45,753 nucleotides of DNA, from positions 1 to 45,753 of the forward strand of contig JALAGF010005881.1 of NCBI GenBank assembly GCA_030167865.1, read 5' to 3'. Source of the DNA: Craspedostauros australis (Eukaryota). The position numbers were made by a program, and so were the translations under genes. Position 1 is the first letter of the stretch. The number at the start of each line of letters is the position of its first letter. Of the stretch, positions 25,635-37,906 are shown piece by piece. The notes under the pieces are model-generated. The model worked only from the letters and a program-made list of their open reading frames with translations, did no database searches and was not told the origin of the DNA.

Positions 25635-26537
25635 TTATCGCTGTGTGCCATTGCCGTCGCTTGCATCGTCACGATCACTGTCGTCACCACCGCTGCTCAT
25701 CGCTTCGAGGTGATCGCCGCCGATCTCTTCCAGAACTTGACCCAATGGCTTTTGCATGGCATTGGGCACGGCCATGGCGCATGCCAGCGATATCGTCCCC
25801 AGGCTCTCTCGGTAGATCTCCGAACCAATGATATTGTAGGACTCCATCATCTCGGACTGCTGGAAACCAGAGAACAGAAGTATCGGGGTGCGCTGGTTGG
25901 GTTGAGAGGCGTCGGCAGTTCCCGCGCTGTGGTCGTCGGCATCATCGTCGTCGACAAGGAGAGGCGATCGCTGCAATGCGTCCAGGGTCTGAGACTCTCC
26001 AAGTGCCTCCTGATCTGATTTCCTCGCGACGATGTCCTCCAAAGCCTCCTGCAGCGGCTTTTCCAGCAACCCATCCAGGTCCCCCAATTTGGATGTCGAC
26101 GACAGCCTCTTGCACACAATGCCCTTTGCCGATGCTTGCGGGGCGCCGTCTGCCAGCATGTCCATGATCTCGGCATCGTCAATGCCACGCGGCACGTTGT
26201 ACAGCAGGATTGCGGGACCAGGCCCGAATTCAGCACGGGCGGAGTCCAGCTTGATGAAATCGCCCTTGCGATCCGACAGAAAGTCGCCGATGGCATCGAA
26301 CAGTCCCATCCGGAGCTGCGTTGCATGTGAAGACGAGAGCGCCTTGCCCATCGCCCGTGATGGATGGTGATGGAAGCATGTGCAAGCGAAAGCAGCCGGA
26401 TTTGAGAGAGAGGGCCACAATGGTGGCTGTCGCACTGCTGAAAAGGAGCGGACGGATCCAGCCATCATGGTGACCGAAATGGCCGCAGCTGCTCGTGCAA
26501 TCCGGGATGTTGTGATTGGCATCGTTTGGATCTTCAT
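25635..26537 (-). CDS. DUF3783-like protein, probably plastid-targeted
   Basis: C-terminal LLFSGFQQSEMM..AMAVPNAMQKPLGQVLEEIGGDH resembles DUF3783 proteins. Presequence VRS-FSA. Convergent with DUF1415. Confidence 0.7.
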   Translation of the reverse strand: MKIQTMPITTSRIARAAAAISVTMMAGSVRSFSAVRQPPLWPSLSNPAAFACTCFHHHPSRAMGKALSSSHATQLRMGLFDAIGDFLSDRKGDFIKLDSARAEFGPGPAILLYNVPRGIDDAEIMDMLADGAPQASAKGIVCKRLSSTSKLGDLDGLLEKPLQEALEDIVARKSDQEALGESQTLDALQRSPLLVDDDDADDHSAGTADASQPNQRTPILLFSGFQQSEMMESYNIIGSEIYRESLGTISLACAMAVPNAMQKPLGQVLEEIGGDHLEAMSSGGDDSDRDDASDGNGTQR

Positions 26538-27206
26538 GTGCCCAAGGCGATGATTCGATTACGCGATCGTGGAATGGCGTTGTTGCGGTTGATTTCGACA
26601 GGCAGCACGAGAAGGAGGCCTTGCGATGTGGTGTAATGTGCCATGCAATGCAACGGAACACGATGTGATGCGATGTGATGAACATTCAACTTGGTGACCA
26701 AAAGATCCGTTCGTTGACACATCAAGACACTCGCGCCAAAACTGAAGCAAGTCATCTGTTCACGCATTTGCTACGCTCTAGCTTCGTTCCAGTCACGTAC
26801 CAGTCACGTTCCCGCTGCGTCCAAGGTCGCCTTTGAACGCCGTACAAGCCAAAGGCACAAAGACGTGTTCATCTCGGAGAGGCCCACTTGCTCATCTTTC
26901 CGCAGGAAGTTCCTATTCACATAGGTATGTAAGACCATTGCACAATGTCCTATTCGTAATTACAGATGCGGCAGACTACGAAGTATTATCATGAATGCGT
27001 GCCGCGATTGGTTTGGACTTTGGGTGGCTTCCACGAGACGGAGGGAAGTGTGCGAGATGGAAAACAAGGGGATAGTAGTACATGGCTTTCTTTCCTTTCG
27101 TCAATCGGCGCATTCAGTTTAGCTCTGTCAACGCTGATTCCAACTCCATAGATTCCTGTGTTCTGAATTCCCATCGTTATTGCGCTTGACCATGTTCGCA
27201 GCTCCC

Positions 27207-29903
27207 TTACCCGTGCGGATCCTGAGGAGTGTCGAATGGATGGTGTGTGGGGCGTAGTATACATTATGATGAAATGCGATACGAGAAGATTCGACATGGT
27301 GATGGCATGATGGCATGTGCGTGCATTTGTTAGCACCGGGTGATGGACGTACAGCGGGATGATGAGCGGGCTGCTGGTGCATCGTTTTTTCCACCATCAA
27401 ACCCCAAACATGCAGAACAGCGACAACGGCAGCAGTGTTCGTGGGCATTGCATTCAGACCTTCTGCGCGATAACAGACAAATGGATCTGCATGGTCCATG
27501 ATTTGCAGCATGCCCTCAACGAGCTCGTCACGTGTTCCACTTACCCAAACCCACAAGTTCGTCAACCATTTTTCACCCCGAGTCACGGGCAGGGCTTCGT
27601 GCTGAGAGAGATCGTCGTAGTTGCCATCCGGAAGCTGATTGTAAACTATGATGTTTCATGCGTGAATTCATGTTGTTGTTGTCGCCGTTGTGGATGACGA
27701 TGCGGAGCATTGCACCATGCCTCGTATGTACGAGTATGATGAGCGTGCGGAATAGCACGGTGTTGCAACGGCATGCGGGTAGAGCAAGAGAAGGGTGAGC
27801 GATTCGCAACATTGGGAACACGGCTTCTGTGGGGCAGAGAGCATGCCATGCATTTCACAAGTCCAATGGCTGATGCAGCCCACATCAATACTATCAGTGG
27901 CACTCTGGAACGTTGAGTAGGCGTATTCTCGAGTTGCGACTCCCGCCAGTGTGCACCCACAACCAACAGTAGCGGCAGACATGAGCATGCAACCAGTCCA
28001 GCCAGTAGAGCTATCAAGAGAACGGTTCCAACTCACATAGAACTGCCTTTCCAACCTCTGGAACGACCTTGAGAGTCTTTCCAGACTCTGAATTCATCCA
28101 TCGAGGAAATCCTGTCTCGCCACCGCCCATCCCTTCGTTGAGATAGAACAGGACCGTTGCGAAACGCGATGCTTGTCCGTCGCTGGTGTCAGGGAAGGTG
28201 AAATCCTACGAGTGCGTTTTGAGGTGGGAGATGTGTTGAAGTTAAAAGTCCACGATTGTGTGTAGTCGTGAGGCGAATGGCACCATGCAATTTGCAAGCA
28301 AAGAGACAGAGGGAATGCAATGTCAATATCAATGTGAGCATCGCACATCCACACATACGATCCTGAGGTATCAATCGTTGTCTACGATGCCGGCGTTGTC
28401 CACGCTCCCAACGGTCCATCATCTGAGGATGCAGAGACGTGCTCTTTCGCACGAATCAACCGCACCACAAGCCAAAAGATCACCTCATTTTGTACGGGCA
28501 TGCTCAAACAAACAAACCACGCGCTTTTGCGAACTCACATGATGCGGGGTGTACTTCTGGCCTTTTGCGTAATGCACCAACTGGAGTCGTTCGCAGATCG
28601 GGCCATTGTCGTCGGGGGCAAGCTCGGACTCATCCTTGTGTCGGTACCGGAGCATGGCTTCGTCGATCTTGAGCAGATCGGCAGACCGACGAATGATGCT
28701 GTCAATGATAGGCGAACGACTTCTGGCAATCCATGACCCGCTGGATGTGCGCGTGGTTGCAGGCTCTGTGCTGATCGCCCCGCTCCCACCGCTAGCCTCC
28801 GTGGTGGATCTCGAAAGCTTCATGCCGGCCGCCAACTCGAGAATGTGGTGAGCTTCGGACGGCGACAGGAAATTTCGAATTTCGAAGACGCGCGGCGCCA
28901 CAGACAGCACGGTGATGTTGAGCGTCAGCGATCCCGGGTCTCGGTAGGGATTCAACGCTTCGCGCTGGGCTTGCGTGGCTCCATATCCTGACACCTTGGG
29001 AAGGATGTGATCAGGCGGTATGTCCAGCATGTGCGTCTCCTTTGTCGTCACTGTGAATTGCTGACCGAAGTAGTCGGCAGGCCACATGAAGCTCTTCGGC
29101 GCATGCTTGCGCCCGTACAAAGCGACGTACTGCCGACCTGTGATCCTCTCGTAGATGCGACTGAATGCGAGGCTTTGGAACTGCAACTTGTAGCTGTCGA
29201 GCTGATCGGCTGTCAGCTGTTCGCTGGCTTGTTTGACAGATCCGTACGGATCATGCTCGTACAGCGAGTTGCCTTCCTCAATCTCGAAGATTGCGACGCT
29301 CGTTTTCACGGAAGGAGATCGTTCGTTGGGCTTGACGAAGATAAATCGGTGGGTCGGGAACGTCGCCGTTCCTGCTGCTTCAAAAGGCGGGACATTGGCA
29401 ATGAAGGAAGGGCTCTGGTTCGATGTGCTGGGAACCCAGTACAATCTCAGAGGCTCTGGGCTGTTGTTGATGAACTTTCCAAGTATTCCAGAAAAGTATG
29501 GCTTCTGCAGCCTCCGCCTAATCTCGCGACCCTTCGCGACATGCGTTTCATTGTAGAAGGTTCTGAGCTCGGGTGTCACGTAGGCCCGGAAGGTCCTTTC
29601 TTCCTTGTCACCGTCGAACCTGAACACAATGTCCTTGAAGTTCTTCTCGCGTAGATCCTGCTCGTCTTCGCCCGCAACGTCCGGGGCCATGCAGCCCTTG
29701 TCGTCGCTGTTGGCCGCGCAGGTGTTGTCACCGGCCGCGACCGCAGGCACAGCGAGCAACGTGATGACGGAGCAAAGCAGGAGCGCAACGAGAAGCAGCG
29801 ATCGTCGGAACGGCGATGCTCGTAGGAGCATCCGTTGCGTGGAGATCGCAGCATGGCTGCTGTTGCCTTTCATTGCGCTCTCCATGCCTCTCGTCATCTT
29901 CAT
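27207..29903 (-). CDS. P4H: Prolyl 4-hydroxylase alpha-type (4 exons), signal peptide/anchor, N-terminal VHL-beta-like segment
   Basis: Exons 29903-28539, 28205-28037, 27645-27545, 27221-27207, all GT-AG and in phase. Spliced motifs: PRVFEIRNFLS, RTSS, YTPHH|DF (HxD), RFATVLFYLN..GGETGFP, QHEALPV..GEKWLTNLWVW|DPHG*. Start ATG uncertain. Confidence 0.92.
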
Positions 29904-30942
29904 GAACGCTTCCCTTCTATTATATTTCCCTCCTCTGCCGGTGCACCAGAGACGACGGCCAACTGTGATGCTCTGCACTGACACGAGCATGCGGGTGGAA
30001 CCGAGCCTGTTGCGACCTCGATAGCTTTGTGGCAATCTGGAATGGGCACAACCACAAACACATGCGATTGCCGATCTGTCTGACCCATCGAACGGATCTC
30101 GCTTCCCATCTTCGCAGCTTTTGTTCGGTTTGCACCGTGTTGGTCATGAAGCGGTCATTGCTCTGAGACACTTCGAGTCGTGGTATCGAAGGTTCGGTCA
30201 CGAGTTATCCATTTGGTCCAAGTGATCGTCCCGAAAGCGTTTTGCGCTTTCCAGAAAACAGTCGTCTTCACTGCTTCTTCAACATTCCACCCAGACACGC
30301 GGGCGGGCGAAGCGTTGGGCCCGTTGTCCTTCACGAGCGACCCACACTCTTTGCTTCAATAAATAGTGTAGTCTTGAAACGATCTGTCGAAGCCAGTTTT
30401 CTTTGACCCGAATCCGAACACTTCTCCAAGTGAGTCATTCGTGGTCGATCCCGTATTTTATTTAACCTTGAATGCTGCGGAAAGACATTTCGCTGAGGTT
30501 CCATCAGTCCCAGTGGCATCCATACAGAAACTCGATGTCTTCTCACTATTTAGGGAAGATCGACAAAACTGCCTGCGTTCGTAGGAGATACATATTGTAG
30601 CGTTAGCTTCAATATGTAAACAGTTTTCGGGATCTCAAAACACACGGCCGGAGACAAAGGACTCTGCACACCACACATCAACGTCAGTGTTCACAACAGT
30701 GTTCGCCAGAAAGGCTTGAGCCCACTCCGTCGGGTGTTCGTGGCGGATTTTGCAATCGAGAATAAATACTGCTTGATTTCACGTGCTTTTTTCGCATGCG
30801 AATGAAACTGGTTCCACCAAACACTCGCGACAACACGAGCATCCATCGATCGCAAGCGCATGAGTGGAAGCAACCACAGCAATCGAACTACGAAGCCAGG
30901 TTCAGCAGTTGGTGCGGGTAACTCAAACGGTGTGAATTTGTT

Positions 30943-30946
<4 letters not shown>

Positions 30947-30975
<29 letters not shown>
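30947..30975. repeat. (AC)n microsatellite
   Basis: About 14 units upstream of the DUF6824 gene. Confidence 0.95.
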
Positions 30976-30976
<1 letters not shown>

Positions 30977-31102
30977 CTTTCCTCAACTGCCCATAATTCT
31001 CAAAGACTGCAGTTTTGCAAACGCATCGACCATTCGAGCGCGATACACAACCACAACAACCACAACCACCACCACAACCACAACCGAGCTCCATCCACCA
31101 CC

Positions 31103-32103
31103 ATGGCGAGAAGCACATCTCAAGCATCGAAGACCGCCACCAAGGTGGCTGCGAAACGACGACTTGCGACGCCGACAATCCAAAGACTCCCCAGACGTCG
31201 CGACGTCCTGTGCGGGAGAGGTAAGGACATCCAGAACTGGCCTGGCAACGTCAACATGAGGAGGGTGCTGCGATCGTACCTTGGTCGCTACCGTGAGGTA
31301 GGAAATGCCAATAACGGTGTCAAGGGCGGCATCGTCCGCGAAGCGGCGGAGGAAATTCGCAGGGGCGGAAAGGACGGGGAGGTCCGCATCCTCAAGAAAA
31401 TGGACGGAATTTGGGTGGACGCCAGCGATCAGACCATCAAATCGAAATTCCTCCATTTCTTCCGCGACAACAAGAACCACGATGAGACTGAGGCGGCTGC
31501 CGCTCCAGACGAGCCCGACGATACCGGTAAGTTTTCCTGGATGCTCATGACGATCACCATGAGTCTCAGACAACGAAGCTGCTTCCCTGCAAGCACATCC
31601 TCCTGCTCACACCTACTGACACAATCACTATCCACCACCGTGCGCTGTATATCTTGCAATCATCCAAAATAGACATTGTCGACAGGTCAGCGAACGACAT
31701 CGACATGGACATGGACGGCAATCCGTGCGTCAACCCGCAAGACGAGGCAGTCGACAGTAATGGCTCCACTCTCGCCGTATTTGCCAGACATGAGGAGGGT
31801 GGCCCTGTCCGTGATGCCAACTCGGACGGCGCGGAAGAATCTCCCTTTTTCTGCTTCGACAATGACGAAGTCCTCGGCAACGACGAAGCCCTCGGCAACG
31901 ACGAAGTCCTCGGCAACGACTCGGTCCTCGACGACATGCTTCTGCGCGAAGGTGGTGCGCATCCTGATGCGCATGAGCTGTGGCCAGCCAATCCACCGCC
32001 TGCGGACGATGGCATGCCCCTACCAATTCCGGAGGACCCGCTGTATCTCGATTCGACAAGTCGTGCCCTGCTGAGCGCATGGCTCCGATCTGAGCCGCCA
32101 TAG
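31103..32103 (+). CDS. DUF6824-domain protein (diatom-expanded family) with acidic C-terminus (2 exons)
   Basis: DVLCGRG..WPGN..Y..K..IV..RILK..W..HFFRD. Exons 31103-31526 and 31673-32103, intron GTAAGT..ATAG in phase 1. Confidence 0.85.
31861..31920 (+). repeat. 18-bp coding tandem repeat, (NDE[V/A]LG)x3
   Basis: AAYGACGAAGYCCTCGGC repeated three times plus a partial copy. Confidence 0.9.
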
Positions 32104-33122
32104 CTGCTGCGCCATAGCTTCGGACGCTGCCGACAGAACGGCTCTGTCACCACCTCCTGTACTCGCAGGCACAGCGTAATGCCGCGCTCGGTCTTCGGAG
32201 ATACAGGCCTTCGGAGTTTGGCCCATTGCATACGACGACGCATCATCCCATGCTCGCGCGTGATGCGGATTTGATTGACGCGCAGATTAAGGACGCCGCG
32301 CTCTTCCGCCATCATGCTTTCCGTGTTAATACATTTTGCGTAGAGTACTCTCTCTCTCTATTTATATAGCGATCTCATTTACATATTCTTCTCTACTCCA
32401 TTGCACTCGACGCGATGCATTGCATCTCTCAAGAGTGTCGTGGCGCCTTCAGTCGCACGGTGCGGAATTGTAGATATGGCCGAGCAGAGTAGAGCAGAGT
32501 AGAGTAGAGTGCATTGAGGAGGGCGCATGGAGAAGTGTGCGATCGTATCCATGACGACGAAGCGTGGGTGGATCGATTTGTTACTACCGCCACACGCTTT
32601 CTCTCTCCCCCTCTCTTCGTTGCGGAGACAGACGGAGCGGATTTTGCTCCTCCTTGAACAATCACTGGTGTTCCTCCCATCGAAACATTGTTACCCGAAC
32701 GTAGCAAAGACGGACGATATTTTGTGTTTTTAGTTTGTCGATTTCTATGCGACGATTGTTCAGTGATGTTCTTTTGCGCCTCCCACAAGTAGTCGATTTT
32801 CGCAGTTTTGTTATTAGTCAAATGTTAAGTCCCAACGCCATCCGTCCAAGACCGTGCGATCCAAATCTGTGGCTTCCTTCTCCACCCACCAAAAGCAGCG
32901 GCGGCATCGGCAGAGACACACGCAACGAAAAACACCAACCGCAACAATCCCAAACGACATCGATGATCCCCAAACCACCTCCGGAGACACGGCTGCAGCA
33001 TCGCTTGTGGAACATAGACACCACCGAAGACCCGAGCCATCATCCTCCACAACAGTACAATAGTGCGCTCTACAATACACCATATACCATTGTACAATAC
33101 GGTACACTCCAATAATATCACT

Positions 33123-33599
33123 ATGTCCGACGCAGAGGCCACACCGAAGAAGTCCAGCAAGCGCGAAAGCAAGAGCAGCGGAGGCGGCAAGTCGTACGAG
33201 GAGCGCATCGAGGCCGTGAACGTCATCAGCCATCCGCTGGCCAACAAGAAGTCCACGAAGAAGGCGCACAAGCTCGTCAAGAAGGCGAGCTCCGCCAAGC
33301 ACATTCGCAGGGGCGTCAAGGAGGTCATCAAGGGAATCCGCAAGGGAGAGAGCGGCCTGGCGATCCTCGCGGGCGATATCTATCCTCTCGATGTCATCAG
33401 CCACATCCCGGTATTGCTCGAGGAGAAGGAAATCCCGTACATCTTCGTGCCGTCCAAGCAGGATCTGGGCGCCGCGGCCAGCACCAAGCGACCCACCAGC
33501 GTGGTGCTCATCAAGAAGCCGTCCAAGGGCTTCGAAGGACAGGATCTGTATGACACTCTCGTGGAAGAAGCCAAGGAGTATGTGCCGAAGGGACGATAG
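33123..33599 (+). CDS. NHP2: H/ACA snoRNP subunit NHP2 (L7Ae family)
   Basis: ISHPLA, RRGVKEVIKGIRKGE, AGDIYPLDVISHIPVL, PSKQDLGAAASTKRPTS. Confidence 0.95.
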   Translation: MSDAEATPKKSSKRESKSSGGGKSYEERIEAVNVISHPLANKKSTKKAHKLVKKASSAKHIRRGVKEVIKGIRKGESGLAILAGDIYPLDVISHIPVLLEEKEIPYIFVPSKQDLGAAASTKRPTSVVLIKKPSKGFEGQDLYDTLVEEAKEYVPKGR

Positions 33600-34902
33600 A
33601 GCGAGTACCCTCGCTCGTTCCATTGAATAGTGGAACGGAGTGGGGTGAAGTGGATTGGATTGGACTAGAGTCGAGAAACTCACAATGCCTGTGCCTGTGC
33701 ATATGCACGCATGGGTGCAATTCAGGGAGCCAAACAAAAACTCATGAGGCAATCGAAAAGGAATGAACGGAGTCCAGTATGCAAAGGGCAAAGCGTACGG
33801 GCTGCCGGGTTGATTGTAGGCAGACTGAGTGGGATGTGAGTCCGTCAAGCGACAAACGCACACACACACGCACGACGAGAGACAATGCATCGATTCACCG
33901 CCGCAACGGACAGGTGCTGCGTCAAAGTGTGATCCATCAGAATCAGAATCAGAATGGAAGAGAGAAAGTCGGACGGAGCACTACCATCATCGGCAACAGC
34001 GGTCGCAATCATCGTCATCATCGTCGCGATATATCCTGAAGTGCAGCATTCTCGATATGATGCAGTTGGAAGGATCAACGTGCTGTGCGGTGGATCAACG
34101 TTCATCCCACGGCTATCACGATCTGATCATGCGAATATAATAGTAGATCCGGTCCGACGCGCCAAGCGATGAATCAAGTTAACATGCTGTACGAAGACGA
34201 TCAACGCACACTGCCATGATAATGAAAGGCAGCCTTCCCCATTTATGAAGACTCTGTGAAGCATGCGACATGGCACTCTGCAGTGTCCAGTTGCGTCCAG
34301 AGAATGAGCGGCTCTCCTCCGCTCGTACTAGCGATGGTTTGCAGCCTACTCATGCTCTCTAGTTCTAGTCGAATAGTACGAATGGGAATTCCCAGATTGG
34401 CGCATGTGTTGGTGGTTTGGGTGAGATGTCTGATGGGACTTCTCGATGTCCAATTACCCATTGGCGCCACAAAATGAGAACCCTCATCACCTGTTTCGTC
34501 GACAAATCGCGTCAAAACATCAAACGAGAACAGCAGTTCTGAACACCTGTCACGATGCATGTGACGAACAGAGGCCGCTCATGCATCGTGGGTCACAGCC
34601 ATCCTCACCGTTGGCATCACTACTGCGAACTGCGCGCATCTACGAATGGTCGCGCGCACGGTTCCCACCAACACCAAGGCTTGGCGACAGCAAGATGCGC
34701 ACTGAACAATCGTGTGATTGGTGTCTGGGCGGTGCGCAGCGGAAGTGGAAATGCAACCCCATCAACATCATAAATCAAGAAGGCCGTGTCTCGAACGAGT
34801 ATCCACAGTCGGTGGCGGAGGTCAAAGAAAGAAGGACCAAGCAAGAACGCAAGAAACAGACAACACAAGGAACTCAACCATCTCTCTTCAGAACCACCCA
34901 CC

Positions 34903-35707
34903 ATGCTCCTCTCCGCTGCCCTCATCCCGTGCTGGCTGATGCTCTTCGTGTCAAACGAGAGCATGGTCGCCGAAGCCTTCACGATCCGAGCATCTCCACG
35001 ACAACCAACCACGCGCCTCTTCCTCAAGGACTGGGTCGCCGACATGATCGACAGCGAGCTCGACCGCCAGAACCATCTCAAGGAATTTGAGGATGAATGG
35101 ATGAAGAAGAATCGCGGGGCCATCCTGCACCACATGAACAACGACGTGGACAATGAGAACTTGATGATGGAGTCGTCACCAGAGGACTTCCGTATGCATG
35201 CCAAGGACGTCAAGATGGCCAAAGAACAGCCGGAGAAATACTGCGCGGATCGTTGCGTCACCACGGGCAACTGCGACGTCTTCGAGGATTTGTGAGTGGA
35301 ACGAGGCGCGCTTGATGAAACTGTGTGCATGATGATGTGCTTTATGATGTGTATGGTGTGTGCGTGGCGGCTCTGTGAATGCGGTGAAAACAGACCAATT
35401 GGTTGCATGCGGGCGAGTGCTCTCCCTCGCCTGTTTCCATCTGCTAGGCTCTCTACAATACTGCATCAACGTTCCGCAACTCGTGTGCTTGTCCAACTAT
35501 TATACGTGCAATCACCACCATCGCCTCAACATATTATCGTTCCGCATCGTCTTCCTTCTTGTTGTCTCCTTCGACCATTGGAACGTTGACAGCTTCGAGA
35601 TGTCTCCGGAGGAAGTGCTGTCGTTCTGCAATGATTGTGTGCTGAGCGATGGAGATGAGCCATGCGACGTTCCTGATGGCTTCTACGACCATCAGTTGCA
35701 TCCGTAG
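34903..35707 (+). CDS. Small Cys-rich plastid-targeted protein of unknown function (2 exons)
   Basis: Exons 34903-35291 and 35593-35707, intron GTGAGT..GACAG in phase 2. Signal peptide AEA-FT. C-terminus YCADRCVTTGNCDVFEDFFEMSPEEVLSFCNDCVLSDGDEPCDVP. Confidence 0.85.
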
Positions 35708-37906
35708 TCCCAGGCTTTGCTGCTGCGACCGCTGTTGTTGATGATATCGCAACGGCTTCATTATCGGCATCAGCAACTGTAGCTTCAGCAGCATCAAACG
35801 GAGTAGAATGACATACCAGCTGTTTCCATCCAGCACTGATTAGAAATAATACCGTCATACTGTAATGTTATATAATACTCTATACACAGGCTTCACGAGT
35901 GCAACCACGCTGGGCATGATAGTCACTGATACTAATCTCGTTACAGCAGCCTCAATTGAGGTTATGCTGGCGAATGACACACCTGCCAACAGTATATTTG
36001 AAGAGAATGGTCTCCCACCTTTGTGCGGCCTCGCGTAGGTCGCATCTGCCGGAGCTGCCAAAGCTCCTCCACTGCCACTCCGCGAACTGATCATCGTGCT
36101 GTGAACATTCATCTGACTGGAAGTGTCAGGTGTTGAAGAGAGTGCCTTTGGTAGAACAGAACTGAGCGTTGGTCGGCGGCGCCCATTGATGTCGCCTCTT
36201 TGAATCCTCTTGCATGAAGGCGTTTCAAATGGACTCGTGGCGGATTGAGACATGGGTGAAAGGCTGTCATGTCTCCTGGATGTTGAGGAGAGCCAGGGAT
36301 TCTGCTCATCATCACAAGAGTTCACGTCCATGATGGCATATCCAGGGTGACATATCCATCATGATGATGATCTATCAGAAAGGTCAGAAGGGCGGTGCAG
36401 GTCGCTTTCGTTGTTCCATACCCCCAAACAGGAGCACTCGTATGTCTCTGCCTGAGCACCTGCAATTGAAGTGCTTCGTGCTGTCCGTCGCCATTACGAT
36501 ATTTGCACATTTCGTGCTCAGACGGCTGTCATCTTTGTTGACTGCATCATGATGACGTACCATGACATTAAGGAGAGGAGCATACGAGACGATGGAGGTG
36601 AGAAAGTGAATGAATACTGAGGGAGAGATGGAAACAGATCAGGGGTTGCAAGTTGGCGTCCATCAACAAATATCCATCCATGTCGTCGACATCCATCGCA
36701 ACCACCACCACCACCGCCTCCACCATCACCACCACAACAGGGAAGCTTTACAGACGCATCGAGAGGATCAATTGGAAATATTAATCACGGGTGATGTTTG
36801 CATGGGAGACTCGCAATACTGGATTACGCGCCATCACCAACAAACACCAGTGTCATTGGCACTTTTGAGAACAAGCGCTCGCAAACCGTTTTCGTCATCT
36901 GCGTACGCAAAGCTTCCTTGCTGTTGTTGTTGGTGTTGGTATCGTAGGTAGAGGAGGTGGAGTTGAATTCGAATGCAGGTATCATGTGATGTCTCGTTGC
37001 GATGTATCATTGCTCCGGTGCCAGCACAGACGCACAAGTATGCAACCTGTTGGCTTTGTCATCGTCGACAGGGATGGCAACCAAAGCAGTCATCTTGAGA
37101 GGCCATTGCGCATTATCTATCGCACCACTTGACTTACGAGTTTCGTACCGACCGGCGGCTCGGAGTGCGTGTTGCCTGTTCACGCCATGGTCATACCTTT
37201 TGGGGTCGCCATGTGAGATCTTGTGGTCAGCAACCAAATAAATCAACAGCAAGCCATCATCGCACAACGCACAGCACATTGTCGTCTCCGACAACCCATC
37301 GTGACCCATCACGACCGCACAACGACAGAAACAAGCAACAAAACGCAAAATCCAAAGATCGTGTTTTCGCGCGCTTTTTGGTTGGTTGCGCCGAAGATGA
37401 CGGGGCGAAAGACAGACGGTGAACCCATCACGCCCACTCCACCTCTTCGCACCAGGTGATCGTGTTGCCTGCTGTCCCGCATCTCAGCGCTTCGGCACTT
37501 CCATCCAGACCACTCATCACCACACCAGACCAACGCTCACAGGTTATTGATAGTCGCACAGTCCTATTCTATTATGGAATTGAACTCATCCATCCACATT
37601 CAATAGAATAGATCGCACATCTACATGAATCAAAGGGGACAAAGCTAAGCTGAGCCAAGCTAACGATAGAGATTGAGACGCAGACTGTGGGACTCTTGAG
37701 CAGTCTGCAGTGCCATTGCAGGCAGCGATACAGGCAACGATCTCAGGCAACGATCTCAGGCAACACGACGAAAAGCTGACATCCATTCTCGCACTGCAGC
37801 ATCATTGCAAGCACATATTCTATTATAGAATATACTCCTGCACCAACACTTCTCTGAACTGCAGTCAGCAAGCAACACATCAAAAGAGTACACTGAGCTC
37901 AACAAC

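Noticed and set aside
31566..32315. 249-aa minus-strand ORF
   Set aside because: Antisense to exon 2 of the DUF6824 gene, with no domain.
34050..34135. C/D snoRNA-like ATGATGC...CTGA downstream of NHP2
   Set aside because: Imperfect C box, weak terminal stem, and no rRNA complementarity recognised.
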